DNA of 64,000 nt, taken from Octopus vulgaris. Taxonomy: Eukaryota. Location: positions 160,394,001 through 160,458,000 of the forward strand of contig OX597814.1 of the NCBI GenBank assembly GCA_951406725.2, given 5' to 3'. Position 1 is the stretch's first letter. Each line of letters opens with the position of its first letter. The translations under genes and the position numbers were made by a program. The notes under the pieces were generated by a model. The model saw only the letters and a list, made by a program, of their open reading frames with translations, searched no databases and was not told the DNA's origin. Of the stretch, positions 27,165 to 40,469 are shown piece after piece.

Positions 27165-28060
27165 ACATGAAGCTATGGCCGTTTATATGCATGCATGTAT
27201 GTATATACATACACACACACACACACACGCACACACACATATAGGAAGCGGTGGTTTGTTTTACACTTAGCCAGAAAGCTATAGTCTGTTGTATATAGTT
27301 CCGAAGCTATGGTCTGCTGGATATAGCTATCAAGCTACAGTCATTTATTTATTACTACTACGATATGGTCCGTTGTGTATAGCCATGAAGTTATGAACTG
27401 CTGTATATATAGCTATCACGCTATAGCCATTTATATTTAGCAGTGAAGTTACGGTCTGTTGTACGAAGCCATATTCTGTTGAATGAATCAGGGTTTTATT
27501 TTATAATATGTTTTATTTATGAAACTGTTTTGTTGCAAGAAACTATATTTTTGTAACAATGGAGCTCTATACTTTATCATGTGAAACTATGTTTTGTTTT
27601 TGAGGCTCAGTTTTGTTGCTGAAGCTATGTTTGTTATGTAAAGTTACGTTTTCTTCTGTGAAACTATTATGTTATATGAAGCTATGTTTTGTTGTGTGAA
27701 GATATTTTATGTCTATGAAGCTGCATTTCGTAGAAACTATTGTTTATTCGATAAACCTATATTTTGTTTTAAGCAGTTACGGTTTGTTGCAAGAAACTGC
27801 TTCACTATATGAAACTCTTGTCTGAAGCTCTGATTGTGTAGTACTGTTGTATGTAGCTATAGTTTGTTGTACATTATGCTTTGTGGTGTGGAGCTATACG
27901 ATTTGCTCTGTGAAAAATGATATTTTTTTCTTTTGTGAAGCTGTGGTTATTGAAATGAGAATTTGTTATGTGAAGATAAATTTTGTGTTATAAACCTATG
28001 TTCTGTTATGTGAAACTATATCTGTTGTATGCAACAATGGTTTGTCGTATCAAACAGCTG
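27165..28060. repeat. Highly diverged minisatellite, about 21-22 bp unit (TGAAGCTATGTTTTGTTGTA-like)
   Basis: Recurrent GAAGCTAT/GAAACTAT followed by TGTTGT; continues at 28545-28680, 28890-28950 and 29120-29215. Confidence 0.8.
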
Positions 28061-28106
28061 TTGTAGATAGTCAAACCTGTTTCTCTACTAACATACGTAG
28101 AAATTA

Positions 28107-28320
28107 AGGTGGCGAGCTGGCAGAATCGTTAGCACGCCGGGGAAAATGCTTAGCGGTATTTCGTCCGTTCTGAGTTCAAACTCCGCCGAGGTCGACTTTG
28201 CCTTTCATTCTTTCGTGGTCAATAAATTAAGTACCAGGGAAACACTGGAGTCGATGTAATCGACTAAATCCCTCCCCCAACCCAAATTTTCCCTTGTGCC
28301 TAAGGAATATAAAAGGAATA
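28107..28320 (+). mobile_element. tRNA-derived SINE family B
   Basis: GGCGAGCTGGCAGAATCGTTAGCACG...GAGTTCAAACTCC (B box)...GAGGTCGACTTTGCCTTTCAT...AAGTACCAG; copies at 32370, 41911, 51575, 51783 and 63900. Confidence 0.85.
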
Positions 28321-29217
28321 TACGTAAACATTATTTTATTATCAAGTATCACGCTGTTGTCATTGATTCAGATATTAGTGACAACTCGCTGATACACACA
28401 TACACAATTCTACCAGTTACTCGATATATAAAGTTGCGTCTTTTGCGTGGTTCGGTTTTTTGTTGCTTTGTATTTCCTTTAAATCAAAAAGTGCCAAGCT
28501 ATCTAGTAAATATTATATACTGACACCTGTCCCATTGATTTTTTGTATGGAAGCTACGGTCTGTTGTATGATGCTATCTTTTACTGTTTAAAATTATGGT
28601 TAATTGTATGAAGTTCTGCCAGATACAGAAAGCTAAGTGTAGCTGTATGAGATTATATTTGTTGTTAATTTGTTGCGAGAATCTCTCTGTTTCTCTCTGT
28701 CTGTCTGTCTTCTGTCTCTCCCTCTTTCATTCATTCACTCACTCACTCACTCACTCACTCTCACCCTCTCTCCTTCACTCTTTATCTCCCCCCTCTCCCT
28801 CTCTTCCTCTCTTTCCTCCTCTCGCTCTTTCTTTTCTTCTCTCTCTCTCTCTCTCTCTCTCTTTTGTGTGTTAGTGTATTGTGTGTGTAAATCAAAACTT
28901 TATTTTTATTGTGTAAAAATTATGGTTTCCTATATGACACTATTGCAACGGCTTGACATCCCGTTTAGGAGGAAAATGCTGTGATCTTGGTCGCATGATC
29001 ACCATGGAAACTGGGTAACTGAACCTATGACTCCTAAGACTCATAGGTAACCAGACCTATGAGTCCTAAGTCTCGAGACAGTGATATTTAGATGTTGACG
29101 ATGACGATGACGCACGACGCTATGCTTTGTTATGAGAAGCTGTGTTCTGTCGTATCAAGTTATGCTATATCATATGAAGTTATGATCTGTTTGCGTGAAG
29201 CGATGTATATTTTGTGA

Positions 29218-29531
29218 AGGTGCGTGGCTTAGTGGTTAAAGCATTTGGCTCACGATTGTAAGGTCGTGTGTTCAATTCCCGGCGACGCATTGTGTCCTTG
29301 AGCAAGACATTTTCACATTGCTCCAGTCCACTCAGCTGGCAAAAATGAGTTGTACCTGTATTTCAAAAGGCTGGCCTTGTCACACTCTGTGTCACGCTGC
29401 ATCTCCGAGAACTATGTTAGGGGTACACGTGTCTGTGCATTGCTCAGTCACTTGCAATTTAATTTCATGAGCAAGCTGTCCCGGTGATCGTATCAGCTGG
29501 GACCCTCGTCGTCGTAACCGACGGAGTGCTC
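29218..29531 (+). mobile_element. tRNA-derived SINE family C, full length
   Basis: GCGTGGCTTAGTGGTTAAAG (A box), GTTCAATTCCC (B box), TTGTGTCCTTGAGCAAGACA, tail CCCTCGTCGTCGTAACCGACGGAGTGC. Confidence 0.88.
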
Positions 29532-30348
29532 CTATATATTTTGTATTACGAATCTTATGAGAGAAACGTGACGGCATTGTCTTAACAAAATTCGGCAAGT
29601 AACTCTCCGTGCGTATTTGCGTGAATCAAATGTTAAGACAATTTAAGAACAATATGATCTGTCTTGATACAAGTTAAGTTTATCACAGATATTTATTGAT
29701 CAACACGATATCCTTAATTAGTAGATGTAAAAACAAGTCTAATTCATTTGTGCTAAGACAGTACAAATTTCTTGAGTTGTTAAGAAGTGAACGAATCAAG
29801 CAATAAATTTGATACTTGTAAATCAATAATAGTGCAAGAATGTATTTGTTCGAAGCGAAATGTACTGGTTACATAGATTTCTATTTGTAGATTATACTTA
29901 ATTTAGACAACTTTTAGAAAGTTTCGGCTCCTCCGACGTTGATGAAGTCAAATAAAGATCGCATTGTTTCTTCTACTTTGGCTGGTCTGTTTATCTTATT
30001 TATTTGATATTTTTGTTTTTACTCATTTAAATGTATTAAATATAATATTCGAGTTATAATGACACTTACGTTCTTGTGACGCAACTCCGTCAGTTCATCA
30101 TATCCTTCAATGAAGTAATTGTATATGTGCGCACACGCGTATGTATGTGCGTGTGTGTGTGTCTTTATGTGTGCGTTATTTGCTCCTGTGCGTATATGTG
30201 TGTGTATGTGTGCATATGCAAATCCCTGTAAGCGTGTGTCTGTTTGTGTGTGTGTCTGAGTATTCGTATGTGTTCAGGTATATTTGTTCGTAATTTAGTC
30301 ACAACTCTTCATTAAGAAAGTTGTTTTGAATGTATGTGTGTGTGTGTA

Positions 30349-30387
<39 letters not shown>

Positions 30388-30527
30388 TGTTCGTTATATG
30401 CTCCTGTGCGTGTATGTGTGTGCATGTGTACATGTGCAAATCACTGTACGCATCTGTTTGAGTATTTGTATGTGTTCAGGTATATTTGTTCGTAATTTAG
30501 ATATGCATATATATGTATGAACGTATG

Positions 30528-30615
<88 letters not shown>

Positions 30616-30734
30616 TAAAACGTGCAAGTATATATACATACATATATAGACATAAATGCACATACATACACATGTATGCACATACATTACATACATACAA
30701 ATGTACATAGATATATAAAATATATACATACACT

Positions 30735-30766
<32 letters not shown>

Positions 30767-31296
30767 TGTATGTTCGTACGTAAACATACCTAGCAGCCCA
30801 TTGGCGAATTTTAAAGAAAAGGTAAGAATATTTAAATTTCATTTGTAACGAATTCATCATCGGGAGGTGGAGACAATTAGTAGAATTTTCGAATGGGTGT
30901 GTCGTGTATACGTATCCATGGTAACGATTCCGTCGTTGCGTCGTTCAAATTAAGACATTTTACACCACAGTTAATTTAAAATGATCATCGAGCTGGAATG
31001 TTGCTTGTTAAATGAGGGACAAAAATCCAATGGAGACTGATTTGCGTGTTAAATTTAATTAAACAAAGCATCTGATGAAAATAAACTTGTTAAGGAAAGC
31101 CGAGAAGATTTGTGTGTGTTCTTTGTATGTTTGTTCTTGGTTTGTTTACTGGGTTCTTTCAGTCGCCAACCTCCGATTTATGAAGACTTAACTGTCCTCG
31201 AGATTGTTCCACGCCCATATTTCTACATCCCTATTTACGTATGAACTCATCTAGTGTGTCCTTACTGATATATATGTATGTGTATATATATATATG

Positions 31297-31379
<83 letters not shown>

Positions 31380-31461
31380 ATGTATATATATATATATATA
31401 AAAAATGGCGGTGCCCCAGCATGGCCACAGCTCATGAGCTGAAACTAGAATCAATCAATCA

Positions 31462-31523
<62 letters not shown>

Positions 31524-31657
31524 CATACATATACATATACATATACATACATGCATACATACAAATATACATATATATATATATCCATATTGCTTATATA
31601 TATATATATGTATATACATTCATATATATGTGTATATATATATATATACATGCATAT

Positions 31658-31773
<116 letters not shown>

Positions 31774-32999
31774 TTAGATAGACAGACAGGCAAAATGACA
31801 GGCAGACAGAATGACAGACAGACAAATAGATTTGTGCGTATCCGTGTGTGTGTGTGTGTGTGTGTTAGTATGAAGTTATGTATAGATGCATGAGTGCATG
31901 TATAAAATCATTTTTGTATTTAATGTTTTTATTCAGTTGTTCATTATGAAGTATTGTTCATTTATAGCATCTCTGTTCACATTGTTATCGATTCATAAAA
32001 GTTGCCTTAACGTTCTCTTTTGTAAATGCTATAAATCAGTGAGGCTCACTAGTTTGTCGTATGCGGTTGTGTGTCATGTATGCCTTTCACGAGAATATTA
32101 TTGATATATTGGAAAAGGTTCCAACTGACAAGTAACACCGAACCTTTGAAGTTTTATTAGTTAAAAACTTACTGCTGCACACGGACTGAATATTTAACAG
32201 GAGAGTTCATAGGAAAGGTGAATAACCTCAATTGTATTATCAGTTAAGTAACTAGTGCTTCCAGTCTTGCTCATCGTCAGACGGTGAAGAAAAATCAAAA
32301 CAGCGTTGTTCAACGCTAGTAACTGGCTCTTCAACTCTACTATAAAGGGTCAGGCAACTCTGTCCAAGGATAGATTCGGTTCAGTGTTGTGACAGACTAC
32401 TTTTCAGTATTTTGCTATGTATGATTACGCTCTGGGTTCGAATTTCGCTGAAGTCATTTTTCCAGGATTCGGAAAAAACAAATGGTTGTTTTAGTAGTGA
32501 TGCCAGTATAAACGTTTATATCCTACCCCAAACATTTGCGGGCTTGCGCTTTTGATGGAAATCAATATTGCATTGTTAAAGCTTCTAGTTTTTGTTGATA
32601 TTGGTGGTAGTTTTGCGCCAAGTTAGTCCTGATCCAGTATTCCTCAGATCAAGATGTTTCCGTTATATTCTTCATGTTTGTTTAGATCCTATCGTCCTGC
32701 AGCGGCTGTATCGTTGGCACTCCTACACCTGGTGATTCTTACTGGAAGTCGAGTCATTGTTTAAGTTGTAGTATCTAAAAATGAAACTGGTGAAAGAAAG
32801 AGAGAGCGAGAAAGAGAGAATAAGGAGAAATACAAAGAAGTGTCGGACTTTGCACCCTAGCGTGTGTTTCTAATATCACTAAAAAAAGAACCATTCCTTT
32901 CAAAACTTGCCAATTGTCCCTCTAACACTCAATTTCATTGTTCGCCATCAATGGTTTAGTAGTTGAAATAAGTGCGGTGCCACTGACTGAAGAATTTGT

Positions 33000-33690
33000 A
33001 TCTTTTATCTCTTACTTATTTCAGTCATTGAACTGCGGCCATACTGGAATAACGCCTTGAAGGGTTTTAGTCAAATAGATCCCCTCCACTAGTTATTTTT
33101 AAGTCCTATACTTATTGTATCGGTCATTTTTACGGAACTGCAAAATTTCGGGGACGTGAACAAACCAACACTGGTTGTCAAACGTCGGTGATACACACAC
33201 ACACGCACGCACGCTCGAACGCACATGCACATACACACACACATATATATTTTTCAGGCGTGGGTATATGATAAGCTTGCTTCACAACCATATGGTTCCT
33301 GGTTCAGTCCCATTGCGTGGCACATTGATCAAGTCTCTTCTACATCCTCGGGAAGACCAAAGTCTTGTGAGTGGATTCAGTAGAACTTAGTGGTTCGGCA
33401 AAACAGACAAATGGAATAAATACCAGGCTTAAAAAGAAAAAAAGTACTGGGGTCGATTCATTCACCCAAAAATTGTTTTAGGCTCTGCCCCGGCATGATC
33501 GCAGTCTGATGATTGAAACAAGTAAAAGATAAAAGATATATGTACATATGATGGGCTTCTACGCAATTTCCGTCCTGGAAGGTATTAGTCGGATCGGAGA
33601 AATATTGTAGATGGTACTTGCTCGAAGTATCACTCAGTGGTACTGAATCATGTAATTGAAAACCAAGCTTCTTAACTGTTGATATTGGCG
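33000..33690. mobile_element. Cluster of three SINE family A fragments (-, +, -)
   Basis: 33000-33190 minus 3' half; 33255-33540 plus, internally deleted; 33550-33690 minus 5' half. Confidence 0.75.
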
Positions 33691-34045
33691 CTAGAACTAC
33701 ATCAACATTTAGGAATGAAATGGATGTAACAAATTTCGCCACGCATTTTCCCGCCACTCCACCAGTTATGCTAATCCACTAGTCCAATACAATTTAATAT
33801 TATTAACGACAAGCTAATGTTACGTTTGATCATTTATATAGGTTGACTTGGCCTTCACCGTTTCCTCTCTAACGATTAAATCATTTAAAATATCCATAAT
33901 TCTCCTGTATGGTTTGATTATCGTTTTCGATTAAATTAGCTTCAAGCTTACATGAAAAGAAACCATCTTTAATTTTTGCATCTTCCTTCATAGTGTGGGT
34001 CGCGTTTACTGAAAGAGAATAATAAGATAAAAACAGAAATAGGAT

Positions 34046-34079
<34 letters not shown>

Positions 34080-34139
34080 AAGAGAGTAAGTTTGAATGAA
34101 TGAATGGATATGTGCGTTTGTGTATTTTTGCATATACTT

Positions 34140-34590
34140 CTACTAAACAGCTACAGCCAATGAAATCAGTACTGGCATACTATCGCTCTCTTTTGCCGAA
34201 CCGCTATGTTATGGATACGTAAACACACCGGTTGCAAAAACTCCGGTTGTCAAGTAGTGGTGGAGGACAAACAGATACAAGCACACACACACACACAGGT
34301 GTGTTTGCGTGCGTGCGTGTGTTTGTGTGTGTGTATGTGTGTGTGTGTTACGCTGCTGCACTCACGATCTAGCGATCGTAACTTCGATTCACTGGCTGGT
34401 TGGCGCGTTGTATTCTTGAGCAAGACACTTCACTTTACGTTGCTCCAGCCCAATCCCCCTTTCGATCAGTAGGGAATGTTGGCCTGCTCACCTAGCCAGC
34501 AGAATGGCTTTATTTGGAGGTTAAATCAATGCAAAACGCATTGTGATTAGCGATGTGTAACAACACCTGGTCAATCACGTGATCACGTGA
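34140..34590. mobile_element. SINE family A fragment (minus, 34140-34300) and SINE family C copy (plus, 34350-34590)
   Basis: CTCTTTTGCCGAACCGCTA...GGACAAACA; then CTCACGATC...TTCGATTC...TTGTATTCTTGAGCAAGACACTTCACTTTACGTTGCTCCAG. Confidence 0.75.
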
Positions 34591-34633
34591 TATATATATA
34601 TGTGTATATAAATATATATATATACATATATAC

Positions 34634-34708
<75 letters not shown>

Positions 34709-34832
34709 CACACACATACATACCTACATATATACATACATATAATATTTCGCTTAGGCATATCGAGACTAATAACCTGGTGTAAAACTCAATATACGTA
34801 TGGTCCAGAAAACAATGTTATATGAGTATAGA

Positions 34833-35131
34833 GGTAATAGAAAACAAAGAGATGACACCGGAAAAGGCAAATGTTATGTAATGAAATTCATTAGCTTACA
34901 GCTGTTTCTGGTATAAGACGTGGTGGACTCTTAGTTGCGAATCAAGATAACGTCTTATAGCTTCGTCAGAACTTTGAATATGAAGTATATATTATTTGGG
35001 AAAGTTACATTTTCAGAACATACAGGCGTCGTGAGTGAGAAAGCTTGTGGTGATGGCTAGCAGAAACAGCTGTAAGCTAATGAAGTTCATTACATAACAT
35101 TCGTTTTTCCGGTGTCATCTCTTTGTTTCTA

Positions 35132-35132
<1 letters not shown>
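34833..35132. mobile_element. About 300-bp fold-back element with about 75-bp inverted arms and outward-facing hammerheads
   Basis: 34836-34910 is the reverse complement of 35061-35132 with few differences; hammerhead on minus at 34893-34974, relic on plus at 35041-35078. Confidence 0.75.
34893..34974 (-). ncRNA. Type I hammerhead ribozyme, canonical core, long stem II
   Basis: AGTT-CTGACGA-AGC-TATAAGACGT-loop-ACGTCTTATA-CCA-GAAA-CAGCTG-TA-AGCT; perfect 10-bp distal stem II, palindromic stem III, GUA cleavage triplet; two mismatches at the base of stem II. Confidence 0.72.
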
Positions 35133-35212
<80 letters not shown>

Positions 35213-35340
35213 ATGTATGTATGTATGTATGTATGTATATATATATATATATACATATAGATAGATAGATAGATATATATACACACACAAACATACATAC
35301 ATGCATACATATATGCAAACATACATACATATAATATTTG

Positions 35341-35399
<59 letters not shown>

Positions 35400-35649
35400 A
35401 TAATATTCAGTTGAATTAGGTACTTAAACTGATGCACCTTGCTAGTATAGTCCGCACACTTCAACAATATTACTTGAATATTGAATATCAACACTCCGTG
35501 TTTGATGCTTACGCGGCCATCTAAAGAGAGCGGTTTCTTTCAAACTGATGTAATGTTCTTATTAATCAATTAAATGAAACGGCCGTAAGGAATTGACACC
35601 TGTACATCTTTGTTACTTATTTATGAGTGTATATATATATATATATATA

Positions 35650-36289
35650 TATACAACGGGTTTCTTTCAGTTTCCATCTGTCAAATCCATTTACAAGGCA
35701 TTGGACAGCCCGAGGCAATAATAGAAGACCCTTGCTCAGGGTACCACCTGGAACACTATGGTTGGGAAGAAGCAAGCTTCTTACCACACAGCCACGGCTA
35801 TACCTTTGGCGAGATTGTAATGATGAGGTAACATGGGCTTTGCCCAGCTTCGAACTCATAAAATTGACGAACGTAACTAAATATAGAAACAGATTATGTT
35901 CTTTTATATGTTTCATATTGTGTAGCACGAAATTTTAAATATTTACTGAAATATTAAGAATAACATCAATAAAAATCAGTTTACCTTCATAGAAAACATA
36001 TCTGTATTTAGTTATGTTCCTCTATTTTGTAAGTTTGGATCTAGATAAGGCTGTCGTCAGCCATTTTCACCATTACGACCTTTGCATAGATTAAGTACAA
36101 ATAATTTATAGGGATCTGATTTCATTCACTGCAGCTGTCTGGTTATAGACATCCGCTGTTAACTGTCGTATTTACTTGTATACACATTATGTTAACGAAC
36201 GCATTTGTACTCAGTTAACTTATTATTACTTCTATCCACATATATACATAGATTCATGTACATATATGTTTATCTAACTATCTATCTAG

Positions 36290-36372
<83 letters not shown>

Positions 36373-36560
36373 TTGGTTCAGTGATTTGACTGCGCCCATG
36401 CTAGAGCTCCGCGTTTAGTCGAATAGATTCTCTGTAAGCCTAGTACTTACCCTATCGGTCTCTTTTGCCGAACTGCTAAGTCACAGGGACGTAATCACAC
36501 CAACATCGGTTGTCAATCGACAGTGGGGGAGGGGCAAACACAGACAGACAGACACAAATA
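35650..36560 (-). mobile_element. Two separate SINE family A fragments (5' half 35650-35805; 3' half 36375-36560)
   Basis: CTTTCAGTTTCCATCTGTCAAATCC...CTTACCACACAGCCAC; TTCAGTGATTTGACTGCG...CTCTTTTGCCGAACTGCTAAG. Confidence 0.75.
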
Positions 36561-36569
36561 TATTCATAA

Positions 36570-36735
36570 ACCTTTTCTATTTTCTCTCCCTGTTTATTTC
36601 TGTGTTCCTTTCTGTCGAAGAGCGTAGGCTCGAAACATAAAAGACTTTCTCACTTCCCGAGCGTTAAACTAATACATCTGCTTTTTGTCTACACACCCAT
36701 CTACGTCTTTTGTTTTTGTTTTGTAAATTCTCACT
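36570..36735 (+). mobile_element. Short non-coding element with hammerhead fold at 36608-36643
   Basis: CTTT-CTGTCGA-A-GAGC-gtag-GCTC-GAAA-CA-TA-AAAG; homolog of 6705-6925; begins where the adjacent SINE reaches its internal microsatellite. Confidence 0.65.
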
Positions 36736-36840
36736 ACACACACACACACACACACTTATATATATATGTATATAAATATGCATACACGTGTTAGTATGTA
36801 TATATGTATATATATACGTGTATATGTATGCATATATAAA

Positions 36841-36908
<68 letters not shown>

Positions 36909-37096
36909 ATTGTGCAGTTGCTTATTGGAAGAATATATCTTCAAAATAGATGTATCTTCGCATACACATGTGTATGCATACATAAATACAAATAGGCATA
37001 ATCTACGTACATATTTACAGGCATATATATACTTAGCCATTTGCATATATAAATGTGTGTGTGCGCGCGCATATGTGTGTGTTTGTACATATATAG

Positions 37097-37200
<104 letters not shown>

Positions 37201-39267
37201 CGATAAATATGTATGTATGTATGCATGGAGAAGTCTTGGTGATGCATGTAGAAGTCTTGGTGATGCATGTAGAACGTACGAATTAATAAGTTCCCTTGTC
37301 TTTCCTTAATTCCAAATAAGGCTCAATGGGCACATGTGTACACAGCCACAGACGTACGCACATCCAAAGATAATTATGGGAGTTACGGAACTACAAAAAC
37401 AAAATCGATAAATTAGACATATGGAAGCGTAATTAGTTTTACTGTTAAGGAACCTCGTCTTAAAACACATATTTTGAAGAAGAAAAAAGAAACTCATATC
37501 TCAAAAGTTTTCTACATCAAGGAACACGGCTATCTGTTCATATATACATACTTACATACTCTTTCTCTTTCTCTCTATCTCTATTTATCTACTTATCAAC
37601 CTCTTTTTTCTCTCCCTTTATTTCGCACACACATAAATACACACATGCACACACATACGCTCGCATGCACACACACGCAAATATATGTGTATATACTTAT
37701 ATATGTATATAGATGCGTAAGTGTGTGTGTGTTCTCTTATATGCATTCCCACATCCATAATATAGATATAAATATACATATATACACACACACACACAAA
37801 TACATATATATGTATAAATATAGATACATCAAAAGAGTATGCATTTGCATGGCTATAATGTGTGTGTGTGTCTAAGTCTACTTAAATATACATAATCTAT
37901 ATATATACAAGCATATTTATACCAAAAGATATAAGATGCAAACTAATGTAAATTCGTATGCACCACGTGTATAGCAATTTGTTGAAGCAAAATTCTATCG
38001 CTGAATCACGCAATGCACTTATACACACATACACACATACACACAGGCACACACACACACACATTCACTCACATATACACATCCATACATACACATACAC
38101 AGATACGCGCGCAAGCGTAAAGTCAAGTGTAAGTATTGCGTTCAGATGTAGATATATACACATCTACTCACTATTATTTTCTCACACAAGCATACAAACA
38201 CACACGTATATATATATATATATACATACATATATACATACACACATGCACATCTATGCATGAATCTGTTTCATTACAAAGAAAAACTAAAAACGAAGAA
38301 GGGGAAAAAAAGACAAGAAAATTCGCCCACAACAAAACCAAATATTCCCAGCTTACAGAATCATCATACACACATTGTAATTGTGAAATAATAACGGTAA
38401 TAACAAATGCACACTTCGCTCGCACATTCTATAATATTTTCCACTCGGAACTAACATTTCGTTCGACTGGAAATTCAGAATAATTTTGATATGAATCCAA
38501 AATGATGAAGCAATTTTTGCAATCATCTACAATCTACGAGAACATTTGATAATTACGCCCGTATCTTTTTCTCTCCCACTAATGATAGTGCGACATGGTG
38601 GTTCGGAAACTAAGTTTCTTGTCTTGTCTGATCTGATCGGGATTCCATTCGCTCGCTTAAGTGAGTTAAAACTGATGACTAAATAGAACTTTCCTATTGA
38701 AGACAATAAAAGCAAAAACGGGAAATGAGGAATGTCATGTATGGATATAAGGATGAGAAAGGAAACATATAAACTTCCACTAAAACTTGATCTAAGGCAA
38801 CCTCTTTTTGTAAATGTAGTGAATGCAAGCTTATAAATATAAAGACGTGTGTGTGTGTGAGAGAGAGAGAGAGAGACAGACAGACGTGTGTGCGCGAGCG
38901 AGAGCACGCGTTTGTGCGTATGTATATATATATATATACTTTCACGTACTCTCTCTCTCTCTCTCTCCTCCATCTCCCTTTCTCTGTTTATATATACACA
39001 CACACACACAGAGTTTCGGTTAGAATTGACCTAGGTCATAGCTAACTCAGTAATACCACCTGCAGAAAATATATCTTTTTTCTTTTTTATGATACAGCAA
39101 TACTTTGGGCACCATAACCTATTTGAATAAAGAATTATTGTTTGCAATCTGGATGTGGAGGATTTATCTGGAATTTGTAGGAGGAATTCGTTCATGAGCC
39201 GTCCATAATAGTTCTGTGTTAGTCTTTGATGTGTATATATTCGCCGTGTTCCTTGATGTAGAAAACT

Positions 39268-39491
39268 TTGGTGTGCTTACGGCCCCGTAACTTGGCAATT
39301 CGGCAAAACAGAGTTCGATAAAGTAAGAACTAGGCTTACAAAGAATAAGTCCTGGGGTCAATTTCTTCGACTAAAACCCTCTAAGACGGTGCTCCAGGAT
39401 GGTTGTAGTCAAATGACTGAAACAAGTAGTAAAAAATTAAAAGAGTATATGTATATATGTATATATATATATTTCTTCGACTAAAACCCTC

Positions 39492-39543
<52 letters not shown>

Positions 39544-39789
39544 TACATATATACATATACACTTTTAATTTTTTACTACTTGTTTCAGTCATTTGACTAC
39601 AACCATCCTGGAGCACCGTCTTAGAGGGGTTTAGTCGAAGAAATTGACCCCAGGACTTATTCTTTGTAAGCCTAGTTCTTACTTTATCGATCTCTGTTTT
39701 GCCGAACTGCCAAGTTACGGGGCCGTAAGCACACCAACATCGGTTGTCAAGCGATGGGGGAGGGACAAATACAGACGCAAAGATATATG

Positions 39790-39821
<32 letters not shown>

Positions 39822-40024
39822 CACACATACGCACACACACATATATATATGTATATATACAGCAGGCTTCTTTCAGCCTCCGTCTACCAAATCCACACAC
39901 AAAGGCTTTGGTCAGCCCGAGGCTATAGTAGAAAACACTTGCTCAAGATGTCATGCAGTGGGACTTAATCCGGAACCATGTGATCGGAAAGCAAGCTTCT
40001 GACCACACTGTCATGCCTGCGCCT
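39268..40024. mobile_element. SINE family A (minus, 39560-40024) with an inverted duplication of its 3' half (plus, 39268-39445)
   Basis: Arms share private substitutions (GGATGGTTGTAG, AGAACTAGG, GCTTACGGCCCC) absent from other copies. Confidence 0.88.
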
Positions 40025-40028
40025 ATTG

Positions 40029-40096
<68 letters not shown>

Positions 40097-40469
40097 TGTA
40101 TGAATCAGCCAAAATGTAAGAGGTATATAGTCCGATTCTCTGCAACGATTCGTTGACCACTTCTTTCCGACTATAAATGTATTTTATCCGAATCTCCAAG
40201 CAGTTTTTCTTCATTTCTAAAATACCAACTCAATCGGCGCTTCAGTATTTGTTTATGAAAAACTTTCTCAAATTTCAAAGACTCTTCTTTAGTGTTATAA
40301 GTGACGGGACTGAGAGATGTATGGTTCGATTCTCTGAAGCAGCTTGCAGGCCACATTTTTTTCTGTCTGTCTTCCCGAAGTTTTCACAGCTTTCTCGTTC
40401 GTTCGAGATTTCCACCATTTCTAAAATACCAGCTCACTCGGTGTGTCAATGTTTGCTTTTATATATATA

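Noticed and set aside
27165-28060. CRISPR-like array
   Set aside because: Units are contiguous and degenerate with no unique spacers, there are no cas genes, and the context is eukaryotic
35490-35600. Hammerhead-like CTGATG...GAAACCGG
   Set aside because: Core incomplete and stems I/II do not pair convincingly
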